NCBI GenBank assembly: GCA_951406725.2
Contig: OX597815.1
Span: forward strand, 195,362,001-195,426,000
From: Octopus vulgaris
Taxonomy: Eukaryota
Length of the DNA: 64,000 nt
Direction of reading: 5' to 3'
Made by a program: the position numbers and the translations under genes. Numbering within the stretch: position 1 is the first letter of the stretch; every line of letters starts with the position of its first letter. The notes beneath the pieces are model-generated. The model ran no database searches. It was not told the origin of the DNA and was given only the letters and a program-made list of their open reading frames with translations. Positions 28,501 to 41,842 of this stretch are shown here, piece after piece.

Positions 28501-30900
28501 ATACGATAGATTCCCAGTGGTGTCAGCATTGTGTTTATTGAATTTAGCTGTAATATGGCCTTTATATGCTTCAGTAAAGATATCAGCGAAACACTACTGC
28601 AAAAGATAGGATAGTGTACCTATCGATGAAAATGAAATGACGAGATATGTAATAAACAGAACATTATCAAATACATGCGTTAATCTGAGTTTGTTTTAGA
28701 ATCCACGACCGTGTATGAAAATGATGTAGCAACTTATGATTTGAACCTGTAACATAACCAAAAGCGTTATCAACAAATATAGAGAGATATTTTCTTTGTC
28801 ACACTGAGTATATTAACGTATTATTCACACTAAAGATTCATGAGTAAAGTTTGAAATTTGAAAAGATACACACTCATATACCTGTGTGTGAATATAAGTA
28901 TGTATGTGTATATACCCGTGTGTGCATATAAATATGAATGTATGTGTATATGTGTGTGTGTATGTTTGTGAGTACGACCCATTCAATAAGTACAGTTTCA
29001 CTTTCACAGACGATAAACCGATGTCGATAGAGACTTGCATTTACTAGTTTATTTGTATATTCCAGATATCCTTCTGTTTAGCGATAAATCAACTCGAAAG
29101 GAGAAGCTGGTGATCAGCGTTTTCTCGGTATAAAACACACAAGCTCTTCAGGAATTCATTGTATATTGGTGTATCGTGTTTGTTGCTCAAGGAAGAAAAG
29201 TGAAAAAATATAAGATAGTATGAAATCCAGTATACAGGTATGTAAACGTGAGAATTATAATCAAGGACATCCACAACTTATTAGTAATCTGCACATACCA
29301 TAAAATATATGTTGTCTGCTAAAGATAATTTTTGAATAATGAAATTGCTGTTCTGGTGCAATGTGTCGACTATTTCTGATAGAGCCTCATTTACCCATAA
29401 TTATTTCAAGCAATACGAAACTGCAGAGATACCATAGTGACAAGAAATTGCTCACTCGGTAAACGAATATCCATAAACTTAGATCAACTGATAACCTGCG
29501 ACATTTTCCTTAACAAATGCTCTCTTCTGCACTGAAAATGCAAATAAAACTAGCCGAAATAAGTCGTGAACTGTAGCAATGATAGTAACACTCCTGCTCT
29601 GCCAGGTTTTGTAAATCGTTGGGTCTATATTCATAATAAATTGTTACAATTCCATGCTCTATTTTCGAAATATTCTATCCATACACCATCAGAATTAAAT
29701 GTTGATTATTCAATTTCAGCTTTATACCTCGATGTTATATACAAAATTCATCACTCTTTGCGTTGTGGAGACATGAATTTTAGCACATCACTAACGTCTA
29801 TTGTTTCACTTAAGTGAACTTTGATTTTAAAGGCTACAAATGTCAATAAATTGTATTCACATGAACGTTGATAATGTTTCCTGCCTCTGTAATGTAGAAA
29901 CGCTTCAGTAAGCTCACTTATTTAGCGCTTTCACTGCAATAACAATGGTCGAGAAAATAGTTTCAGAATTGATAGGCTAAGGACTGCGAAACAAAAGATA
30001 ACTGTCACTGCGGTATATCCCTGAGGCTTCTAATTTAATTTCTATTTCAATTCTATCCAGTTTCCATCATTGGAATTGCAAATAACCTTCGGAAAATGCA
30101 TGTTAAAAGCTACACGTAAATTGGAGCATTGATGAGGAGGTTTGGCGCTTTGATTCCCGGTACGGTGTAAACATTCACGAAAAAGGAAGAAGGTTATAAT
30201 ATATCAATGTAGGCGTGCGATTAGCAAAGGAATAACTGACAAAGAAGACACTATATAAATTTTCGACGTGATAGAAATGTCGGCTGATTTTGCCCGCATC
30301 ACATCCTGCAATCCAAAAGCGTGCGCACAATATAGTTACGTTCGCAATATCACATGAAATAAGGCGAGATAGTCATCACTTCAACGTCTAAAATGATAGT
30401 TTTTTTTTTAAATACCATACTGGATGTGAATTATAAAATTTATATTGAAAATCTCGGATGTAATTTCTACAAAATTTTTGCTTCTATACTTCAGTAAAAA
30501 TTTTAAAACCACCCAGTAATATTTGTTAAGCCTAAAATTTTTCGCAGAAATATTTCCGAGTCTCTGCCTCCCTAAAGAAGTATAAAGATTAAGTACCTAA
30601 TGGAACATTTAATTGAAGAAAGAATTAAAACTCAAAGAGAGAAACGATGAGATATAAGTTGAAACAAAACAGACAATTTAAAGAATAACATGGAATTAAC
30701 ATTTCCCTAAATGTACTGGAAAGGGGTAGTATTTGATACATCTTAATAACTCGCAAATCTATTCATACAAATATTCTTTTAATATGATTGCCAGCCGCTT
30801 TAGAAATCAGCATGTTGTTTTTTAGGAGATGTCATTTTACTATATTCGTTAGCCTTTCTTGACGAACTCCTGGATCATTACAATACGTTCATCTATTACC

Positions 30901-31132
30901 TATTTCTTTACTACCCACAAGGGGCTAAACACAGAGAGGACAAACAAGAACAGACAAACGGACTAAGTCGATTATACCGACCCCAGTGCGTAACTGGTAC
31001 TTATTTAATTGACCCCGAAACGATGAAAGGCAAAGTCGACCTCGGCGGAATTTGAACTCAGAACGTAACGGCAGACGAAATACGGCTACGCATTTCGCCC
31101 GGCGTGCTAACGTTTCTGCCAGCTCGCCGCCT
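30901..31132 (-). mobile_element. Full-length SINE family A with 17-bp TSD
   Basis: TSD tacgttcatctattacc (30884-30900) / tacgttcttctattacc (31133-31149); body nearly identical to the family consensus seen in this window. Confidence 0.95.
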
Positions 31133-32294
31133 TACGTTCTTCTATTACCATCGTTCCAACACTTCTTGTCTAGCTACAACGATAGATATACTTTACAGGT
31201 CTTCTTCTTCACCAGAAATGTGTGCCCACCAGATTTGTTTGAACATCAATTACATCTCTGATAACAGCATCATAAATATTAAACAATCTTTATTTTGTAT
31301 TAAGGTGCAAATATCTCCATTATATAATATGCAATGTATTTGGTGTAATATAAGATAGCCGTGACCGGAAAATACCGCTGGTGGCTCTTAAAATCCCAAA
31401 TCCTGTTGTTCTAACAAATAATCTAAAATTCAAATCCCCTATAGGTAATGATCTAAAATTGTTTGATTTTTTAAAGGATGTTGGGGTTCCAAAGTAGGAT
31501 GTCACGGATGTGGAGGAAAATTATATTTGGGATATAAAGTTGTAAAGGTTTAATGATATATTATATGTTGCTGTTCTGGTGCAATGTGTTGATTATTTCT
31601 TATAAGAGCCTCACTTACCCATAATTACTTCAAGCAATACGAATCTGCAGAGATAGCTTAGTGACAAGAAATTATATATATTATATCATTAAACCGGTAA
31701 TATTATATTGGCGTCCAATTGATGCCTAAGATGTTATCTGGAACTAAGGTTTTTATGTTTCTTAATATGTTTAGTTAGGTTTCAAGTATCTTATGTCTTA
31801 AATGAACCAGATTCATCGGCAGGATATCTGCTATTTTGTGATTGACAAAAAGATTGTTATCAATTACGGAAATGTACTTGCATTGCAAGTGACCTGATCT
31901 GCGTTCATTGTGCTGGAACGAAAACAATTGCATCGTGGAAGGTGTTTATGAGCCATGTAAGAAACACACAAAATCCGTTAGATTCGCATCAACATTTAAA
32001 TTTAATTTGTGAAAATATTTTCGTCTCTTTGAAACCGTGACCTATTCACTGACAAAATTCCGCAATTTTATTGCGTAAAACTGATATAAAATAGAAACGA
32101 TCTGAAATGCCCACTGTCAGGATGCCGTATTTCGTCAATATTGATAAATATGCGCGTGCATATTATTTAAATTTCATATCACCTGTTATTCAATCCGTTG
32201 CTGTGAGGCATTTAGTAACTTATCTTCATCAGTGCGCATTGAATCTTTTCAGATGTTTCTAATATATGAACTCCACATTTCTTTTTACTTGGAA

Positions 32295-32385
<91 letters not shown>

Positions 32386-32711
32386 CGAAATGCACTGGGT
32401 TTCGTTGGCCTGGGGCTATAGATGAAGACACTTGACAAATGTACCGTCTAGTAGGACTGAACCAAAAGTATATAAATACTGAAATGTCTATATAATTTGT
32501 CTCTGCTTCTTTTAAGAATGTATACGTGCGTGCTCTCAATTGTATATATGTTGAATATTTGAATGTATAGTGAGAAAGGAAGCGTGAAGAGTAGATATTT
32601 GCGTTCAAGTATATATCAATGTGTATCTATGTCCGCCATTTTGTATTTGCTTCATTGCTTACACGTGTGTTCGAATAATTCCGTGTATTTCTTTAACTTT
32701 ACGTCTTTACA

Positions 32712-33050
32712 CTATGTTTAAGCGAATGCACACGCACGCAGACACACACACACATAAACCCACAATCTCTCTAACTTTCTACCTTCCTTTCTCACACATA
32801 TAAACAAAACTGAATGAAAGACGTTTTCCCTGTACTGAAGTATACGTAAATTAATATTATGCGTATATATGTTTAAGCGAATGCACACGCACACAGACAC
32901 ACACACACACACACACACACAGACATACACACACATAAACACACGTTCTCTCTACCGTTCTACCTTTCATTCTCACACATATAAACAAAACTGAATGAAA
33001 GACTTTTTTCTCTGTACTGAAGTATACGTAAATTGATATTATGCGTATAT
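32712..33050. repeat. Tandem duplication of a ~160-180 bp unit containing a CA tract
   Basis: tatgtttaagcgaatgcacacgcac...ctgaagtatacgtaaatt...attatgcgtatata occurs twice (from ~32712 and ~32869). Confidence 0.9.
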
Positions 33051-33680
33051 ATAATTTTTTTCGTACACATACAGGTGTATGTGCCTATATCTGTATGTCA
33101 ATTTACATACATTTTGTTTTTAAATTATGCATCTACATAGATATGTCAATGAATATTTATGCGCACCTAACTTTATATAGTTTTCTTTGTAATTTTCTTT
33201 TGTTTTTTAATATTTCCATTTATATTTTTTTCCTTGCAAACAATTAAACTATATTCCACTCCTTATTGGCCAAAAAATTTCCCTTCTAAAATTCCGTGGC
33301 GTTTTTAAGAAGCTCCAACTTAATGAATAGTACAAAAAGTGTGGCGTTTTATTTTATTAAAATATGCCACATGTCTTGAATAATATGTTCTCACATCTAA
33401 AAACATACATTTTCTTATATTTGTAAAGATCTATACTGCACACATCAGTATTCACGTTCATACAAACTTCCATTTATGTATATGTGTGTGTGTGTGTGTG
33501 AGCGCGCGCGGTTGTGTCTGTATTTATATATATATGTATATATTCATATATATATATAACTATATATATATGTTTGTATAAATTTTTAATATATATATAT
33601 ATAACTTATACATACATATATATATAGTTATATATATTCATATATATATAACTACATATATATATATATGTATAAATTTT

Positions 33681-33738
<58 letters not shown>

Positions 33739-35275
33739 TATATGAATGCATGCTTATGTTTTGTGAGTGTTTGATTGTTATGTTAGAAGCAGTGACAGTA
33801 GCTCTTGTATTGCGTAGAGTGCTTGAATATCTCATAGAGTACATGGCAAAGTTTAGGCCAAATATATTAGAAAGCATAATAAAATATTATTTTTAAGCTG
33901 TGTTTCATGAAACTAATGTAGGAAAATTTTGAAACAATCTCATATAGGCACATGTATGTATATGTGAGTAGAGAAGCCTGTGTGTGAATATAAAGATTAA
34001 GTGAGCATGTGCATGTGTATACATGGGAGCACGTGCGTTTGTGTCAGAATGTATGAACAACAATTACACCTGCGCGTGTGTATGTGTATTTGTATGAAGA
34101 GATGCGTGCGTTTGTGCTGCGAGGAATTACGTGTGCGTGTGTATGGACGTGTCTATATGTAAGAATGTGTGTGACTATCTGACATGTGCGTATGAGATTA
34201 TTAGATGTGTGTACATGTGTGCGCGTTTGTATGCATGTGCGTATGTGTGAGTATGCGTGTTCAGGCGCGTGTGTGTAGCAGGAAAAGTGTGGGTGTAAAC
34301 TCTGTGTGCGTATGTATTCTTATGATTTTCTTTGGTGTGTATGTCTAAGAGGCTGTTGCACATACGTGCGTCACCATAAATTCTGTCGATGCTATTGTGT
34401 ACACTTATATTTTGTGCGTTTATGCGTGTGTGTATGTATGTGAGTGAATGTGGGTGTCCTTGTTATCAGGTGGTGTGTATATGGGCCTGTTGTACAAAGT
34501 GTGTTTATGAATTTCATATGCAAGTGTATATTCTATGTTTGTGCGCGCGCGTGTGTGTAAAGGTAACTGTAAGTGTGAGATTATCTGACGTAAATGTATC
34601 CTGTAGGGAGATGTTTGTGTGTGTGTCGACAGGGATGGATGTGTTTGGTGCAATAGAGGCTAGAAAAGAGTTTGGAGTTGGAACCGTACGTGGGTGACGA
34701 CACATATGAGAAAATAGGTGTGGAAGTGCGGAAGCTGCTGTGTGTGGAGTAGGAAGTAGTGCGTGTGCTTATGTAGAAGCGTATGTGTATGTTGTGTGAA
34801 CATAATGGTTTGTGTGTTGTGGGTAATTTGTAAATGTGTGTATAGAAGTTGTGTGGGTTGAAGGAGGAGGGACATTTGTATGTGGCAGCTGTGCGCTGTG
34901 TGTAAACATGTTTTGAGCTGGATTTTAAATGAACTATAGTTGAAGGCTTGGGGTAACGAGGGACTGAAAAACGAAGGGAGAAAGTAGATTCGTATTCACG
35001 AAGGAGGTGGGAGTTCAAGTGATCTCTGTTCAAAGCCACTCCGAACAGAAATATTACTCATCTCATTACAGCGTCAGTATTTGTAATTTGATTTTTAATA
35101 TCCTATATCAAGCATTTTTTACCAGCGTACCAAGTATTATTTATGTAGATTAGCTTTGAGCTGAACTAATCTCAGTGATTCTGTTTACTACGTGTAACGT
35201 ACACGTCACGGTGTTTAAGCTTGTTGTTAAAGGAAACATTTAGATAAGTTGATAATATATTGGAAATGCCGGGCT

Positions 35276-35765
35276 GGCTAACGTTCCAATTCAAATAATT
35301 TTAAAATAGAAGGTACTCATTTATAGAGAACAAGTAAAGCGTATTACGGCAAAGGATACAGTAGAAATATTCATATATTCTCCGTGTGCGACTAATGGAT
35401 GCTTATACTTTATTACAGGTGGAGTAATTTACATTTTATGAGCGTCCACTCATAAAAATGGAGCCTATATCTTATTGCAATTTATTTAATATGTACATTT
35501 AAATGTTTCTAAATATATCTGGGATTGTAAATTGATATATGTATACAGACAGGAGTGGCTGTGTGGCAAGAAGCTTGCTTCCCAACCACATGATTCCGGG
35601 TTCAGTCGCTGGGTAAGTATCTTCTACTATAACCTCAGGCCGACCAAAGCCTTGTGAGTGGATTTGGTAGACAGAAACCGAAAGAAATCCGTCGTGTATA
35701 TATATTATATATATATATGTGTGTGTTTGTATGCATGTATGTATACAAACACACACACACACACA

Positions 35766-35844
<79 letters not shown>

Positions 35845-36100
35845 CAATGCGAGATATATTTAGAAACATTTAAACGTACATATTAAATAAATTGCAATTA
35901 GATATAAGCTTTATTTTTATGAGTTGTCGCTCATAAAATGTAAATTACTGCACCTGTAATAACGTATAAGTATCCATAAGTTTCACCACACGGGGAATAT
36001 ATGAATATTTTCTACTGTATTTTTTACCGAAATACGCTTTATTTCTAATCTATAAATGAGAGCCTTCTATTTTAAAATTAATTGAATTGGATCGTTAACC
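35276..36100. repeat. Diverged long inverted repeat (~255-bp arms) around a SINE B fragment and (TA)n
   Basis: 35276-35530 is the reverse complement of 35843-36100 with scattered mismatches (e.g. ttttaaaatagaaggtactcatttataga vs tctataaatgagagccttctattttaaaa). Confidence 0.9.
35549..35770 (+). mobile_element. SINE family B, 5' half
   Basis: caggagtggctgtgtggcaagaagcttgcttcccaaccacatgattccgggttcag...ccgtcgtgtatat. Confidence 0.88.
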
Positions 36101-36306
36101 ATCTTATTCTACACGTATCTGATTGTTTTACATAGGTACATACATGATTGACCGCTCAATCCACAAGTTTTGAATTCTCACTCTGTTTATTTTATCACAT
36201 TATTTTCTGCTGAAGTGCGTAGGCTCAAAACGTAAAGCACTTTCTCACTTTGCCGAGCGCAAAACTAATACACCTTGTCGTTCAAACAACTGTCTTCGTC
36301 TTTTGC

Positions 36307-36370
<64 letters not shown>

Positions 36371-36962
36371 TATTTGTATATATGTATGTATGTATGTATG
36401 TGTGTATGCTGGTATGTGTATATATGTTAGTAAAAATATGGTCAGAAGGAATTACGTATATATGATATTTGGCATATATACATTCTTTCTGAAAGTTTCG
36501 AATGACGTTTATATTACAATATACAGTAGAGGAAAAAATCATTTCCCATGAGTTGAATAAAGTCAGTGTGGTATTATCAATAGCGTTCTGCATATATATC
36601 TAGACGATATTATTTTCCGGAAACCTAACACCTTAGGTTTACGATAACAAGGAAGAATGGGATGAATTACCAGGAAGTTCGTATTCTGTATGTAATGCAA
36701 CGTATTGCATGAGACGGACACATCTCTGGAATTTCTATAAATTCCTAGAAGCGATTTCCATTTCGTTGCTCATGATGTACAAAGAATAAGGACGACCACT
36801 TTTTTTTTCAGAAATATTTTACATTCACGCACTGTAAAAATTTAGAATAGGTTGCCAACGTTGTTGACAGAATTGAAGGTTCTTCTTGGATAGGAATGCA
36901 AGCTGAAGAATTTCAGTCCGTCGTTACGTGATTTGGAATACATATATATATATATATATATA

Positions 36963-37335
36963 CGTGTGTGTGCGTGTGTGTGTATTTGTGTGTGTGTATG
37001 TTTGTATGTGTGTGTTTTCATGTGCGTGTGTGTGTTTGTGTGTATGCGCGTGTTTGTGCTTGTGTGTTTGTGCGTGTGTGTTTGTATGTATGCGCGTGTT
37101 TGTGCTTGTGTGGTTGTGCGTGTGAGTGTGTTTGTGTGTATGTGTGTGTATTTGTGTGTGTGTATGTTTGTATGTGTGTGTTTTCATGTGCGTGTGTGTG
37201 TTTGTGTGTATGCGCGTGTTTGTGTTTGTGTGTTTGTGCGTGTGTGTTTGTATGTATGCGCGTGTTTGTGCTTGTGTGGTTGTGCGTGTGAGTGTGTTTG
37301 TGTGTATGTGTGTGTATGTGTGTGTGTCTGTGTGT
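36963..37335. repeat. TG-rich minisatellite: two ~166-bp units with internal subrepeats
   Basis: tatttgtgtgtgtgtatgtttgtatgtgtgtgttttcatgtgcg... repeats at ~36983 and ~37149. Confidence 0.88.
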
Positions 37336-37959
37336 GCACGAACACAGTTAAAATGACTGAAACAAGTTAAAGATAAATAAGATTTTGGAAACAGTTCTGT
37401 TCTTATTCTTTGTTGTTTGATGGTTTAACGCCCCCACATGGGCAGGTCCATGTTCAGGACATAACATCGCTCCTTCCGAATACACCCGCGTCTTACAGGC
37501 CCAGATAATATTTAAGTGATTAAATGATATTTTTGTGATTCGTGATATACGAAATAACAAAGAGTCATATTAAGTGCATGGATATGCTGTTGCACATAGC
37601 TCACTCCGAGTGACATGATACGAAAAAATGGTTTTCCTCGAATGTATACGCTTGAATATTTAAATATATTTCTCTTCTGAACACAATGTATATCATGTCT
37701 GTTTTCCAATAAAACTGTCTTGCGCAGTCCTTGATCATATAATTAAAACAATTGCATAAAACCGTATAGATCTGTGGAGTAGGATAAGCTATTTTACTGC
37801 AAAGGCACCACAGAAGTAATCATTTGTGAGGCACCTACACGAAAACTGGTTATATGATTCGACAAACCATGGAATGTGTTGTCCAGAGAAATATGAATAT
37901 TCAATGACAGTATACTATATATTGCTAAATATTCACTAGCCGAAAGAAAGATATACATT

Positions 37960-38517
37960 TTCCGGAAAGTTCGTTCCGATTTTTAAAGGAAAGAAAAAGG
38001 TCAATAAATACTTGCTAAAACATTTTTAATCAACCAAATATCAACCATTTTGTTGCACATTGCTTCTCCATCTTTCCTTTCAGTTGAAAATACCCTCTAC
38101 CCAGAATTGAGATGGTTTCATGGCAAAAAATTCATCAATGTTCTTTTTACGTCATCCAAGGAATTGAATTTTTTACCATTAAGACTAGTCTAGAGAGACC
38201 TGAATAAGTGGAAGTCCGAAGGAGCAATATCTGGTGAATATGGAGGGTGGGGTAACACATCCCAGCCGAGCTGCAGCAATTTTTGTCTGGGTGCGAAAAC
38301 ATCAAGTGCCGAAAATGAACTTTCTCATCTTCCATTTTAAAGGGTTACAGAATTAATACAGTCTATAGGGACATAAAACTTCTTACACGAAAATATAGCT
38401 TAAAATGTGCTCTAAATGCTGGTGTAGTCAAATCCTATTTTATGGACTCAACCACGTTCTAAAACAAGTCGAAAGGTAAGCTGTTATAAATCGGCACGAA
38501 GTTTCCAGACAACCCAA
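37960..38517 (-). mobile_element. Internally deleted mariner (mellifera-like N-terminus)
   Basis: TIR remnants tccggaaagttcgttccgattt / aaatcggcacgaagtttccagacaacccaa; minus strand MEDEKVHFRHLMF is joined to LQLGWDVLPHPPYSPDIAPSDFHLFRSL... Confidence 0.92.
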
Positions 38518-38669
38518 TATATATACTACGTGTGCATAATGCCATTCGTTTTTTATTTTGAAATTCAATTTCCTTTATTTTGGGAACATTTCTCAACTGA
38601 GGTCATAGATGAAGGTGACGAAATAGCGTGAGGTAAGAATGAATATCCCCTCTGTGTCTACTATACGAT

Positions 38670-38681
38670 TGCTGCTGCTGT

Positions 38682-38747
<66 letters not shown>
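38670..38747. repeat. (CTG)n/(CTA)n trinucleotide microsatellite
   Basis: Directly visible. Confidence 0.95.
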
Positions 38748-38999
38748 AACATGTAGCATAATTTTCTAATACGTAAAAGAGCGCAATTGCTTCAGCCCCC
38801 AGGGATTGGTGGTCGCTCCTTCAGTTTTCATACTGTATTCAATCCCCCACAGTGTAGAAAAATATGTACGTTTTTATATATATATATAAAATTTACATAT
38901 ACTTATGCATACACACATACACTCACAGACACACACATGCACACACGCACATACGCACACACGCACACGTATATGTAAATATATATATATATATGTATG

Positions 39000-39053
<54 letters not shown>

Positions 39054-39577
39054 CGTTGTGAGTATGTCGGTTAGGGGTGTATGTGCTAGCCAGTTACTGA
39101 GGGAAATTATTTTCAGTGTTACATATACAGATGACACAGGAATAACATAACGCTCAGAGATTAATCAATAAAGAGTAAAGAATATCATAGATTAGCATAT
39201 TTTCCATTAGCAATATTTTCCATTTACAGAATAAAATTCTTGAATTCAAATTATAACTAAATAACTTAACATGGTGAATAGCGAGTGGGAAAGAAAACAA
39301 AAGCTAACATCTATCTTATTTGATAATTATGACAATTTTTCTGCAAAGCCATTTTGCAGCTAAAAATTTTAATCTAAGTGTATGCTATACGCTCTGCGAT
39401 GTTACATATAGATTGTACTCCTGCGGTGTGCTGAGATTGTTTCTGAAATTGTTTGAAAATGATAGATATTGGTGTAGGCGTAGTTATTGCTTGTAATTAA
39501 AAATGATTTATTCTGCTTAACGAGAACAAAAATAACCATCTTGATCTATACTTATCTAGTTGTTATATGGTTCTATC

Positions 39578-39811
39578 TAAGGCGGCGAGCTAGAAGAAAC
39601 GTTAGTACTCCGGGCGAGATGCGTACCCGTATTTCGTCTGCCGTTACGTTCTGGGTTGAAATTCCGCCGAGGTCGACTTTGCCTTTCATACTTTCGGGGT
39701 CGATAAATTAACTATCAGTTACGCACTGAGGTCGATGTAATCGACTTAATCTGTTTGTCTGTCCTTGTTTGTCCCCTCTGTGCGTAGCCCCTTGTGGGTA
39801 GTAAAGAAATA
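39578..39811 (+). mobile_element. Full-length SINE family A with 14-bp TSD
   Basis: TATATGGTTCTATC at 39564-39577 and 39812-39825. Confidence 0.95.
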
Positions 39812-39880
39812 TATATGGTTCTATCCACTACCGAGACCTATTGCTAAAAGTTAACGCACTCCTTACTCTCTTTTTACTCT

Positions 39881-40308
39881 TTTAGTTGTTTCAGTCATTT
39901 GACTGCGGCCATGCTGGAGCACCGCTTTTAGTCGAGCAAATCGACTCCAGGACTTATTCTTTGGAAGCCTAGCACTTATTCTATCGGTCTCTTATGCCGA
40001 ACCGCCAAGTTACAGGGACGTAGATACACCACCATCGGTTGTCAAGTGATGTTGGGGGGGAGACAAACAAATACACACAAACATACACACACACACACGC
40101 GCACACACACACATACACACACATATATATATATCCGTATATGCGACGGGATTCTTTCAGTTTCCGTCTACAAAATCCACTCACAAGGCTTTGGTCGGCC
40201 CGGGGCTATAGCAGAGGGCACTTGCCCAAGGTGACACGCAGTGGGAATGAACCCGGAACCATGTGGTTGGTAAGAAAGCTACTTACCACACAGCCACTCC
40301 TGCGCCTA
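39881..40308 (-). mobile_element. Full-length SINE family B with internal (TA)/(TG) microsatellite
   Basis: Minus-strand head aggcgcaggagtggctgtgtggtaagtagc...ggttccgggttcattccc (A and B boxes); tail ctccagcatggccgcagtcaaatgactgaaacaa. Confidence 0.92.
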
Positions 40309-41169
40309 TAAGGTAGAGGAAGAGGTTCAAGAAATTTTGACATTAACGATTTATTTAGTGAGTCTCTAGTGTGATATTCATGTATTTTAGAACGCTCTCG
40401 AATCTTACCTACATAAACTTGAGGACGTATCACTACACAGAAACAAAGCGTAGAGAACATACCTCTGCATTGTGCCATATATTGATATTTTGTTGGTGTA
40501 CGTATAAAAGAGAAATATATAAAGACGTTGTAAATAGGTGATTGTGACGTCTACGTTTCACCTAAAGGTAATAAGTCAAGTAATATAGCTGCACAATATG
40601 GCGAATAGTAATGAATAGAACGTCGGCAAATAAAACAAAAATTCTCTTGTGGTACTTTACAGAACACTAGTACAGGTTGAATGTATTCCACCCAAGGACT
40701 ACATCAGATACATTTATAATAGTGTGTTCAATGAAAGAGAAAAGAGCGGTAGTTATTGTTTTATTGTTAACACGCTTCATCATGAGATATATCTGGAAGT
40801 CATTTCCCTTTATCCATTCATAAATCAATATTTGATGCAATGGAATATAATTATGAAATATAATTATCTTCTTTTTTCAAAAAATAAAGTATAAGTAAAA
40901 CCTTTTAAATCCTGCTTATAATAGAATTTATTGAATGCTTCAAGTTATACTATGCAAATCAATAGATTTTTATCATTACAGCTATATGAAATGCATCCAT
41001 TAAATCTACAAAATAACATTTCCTTATGTTGGCATAAGGAATTATATTTGCTGTGGAGAGGTTTCATCGAACAGAATGTTGTATTAAATACATGGCAATA
41101 GTTTATCGATCCAAGAAAATATGAAAGCTAATATCCTCTCACATCATAGAGGATCGAAAGTAATATTGG

Positions 41170-41392
41170 GTACAAATTTTGGCACAACGCCTGCAATTTT
41201 TGAGGGAGGGGTATGTCAACTGCATTGAAGCGTATAATACCAGTAACTAACTCGTAATATTTTATGGACCATCTAAATGGATGAAAGGCAGATTTGTCCT
41301 CGACGGAATTTGAATTCTGAACGTAAGGACGGACGAAATGCCGCTGAGCATTTTCCTCCATCGCGCTAACAATTCTGCCAAATCGCCGCCTC
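41170..41392 (-). mobile_element. Degenerate SINE family A
   Basis: gatgaaaggcagatttgtcctcgacggaatttgaattctgaacgtaag...atcgccgcct. Confidence 0.8.
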
Positions 41393-41780
41393 GGGCAAGA
41401 AAGTGATATTAAACATTTAACATGCTATTGTGATGTTTCTGAAGACTCGCCTTCCTATTCAGTGCAAATAAGTGTGCTAACACTCGAGGGGACGGCGGTG
41501 GTCGCGTTCGCCGTGTTTGTGGTGATGGTACATGTGAGGAAGATGGTGGCTATCGTCGAGATGCGCCTCATGTTGATGCTCATAGTGATAATTACAATGT
41601 TATCTACACATATTACACTCTTCGCGACTAAATAAGTGTCTTCGTACGTCTTTCTATGGGTTGGCGTTATCACTGTCAGTATTGTAATCCAAACACCGAC
41701 ACCGAATAGCAAACCTATGAGGAATACCAATGCTATCCTGTTCATTCAGCCTTACTTTTCTAGGATACCTGAACAAACAG

Positions 41781-41842
<62 letters not shown>

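Noticed and set aside
41455-41745. 96-aa ORF with a hydrophobic N-terminus resembling a signal peptide
   Set aside because: It overlaps a decayed (GGT/GAT)-type trinucleotide tract that explains the Thr/Ile bias; no splice or family evidence.
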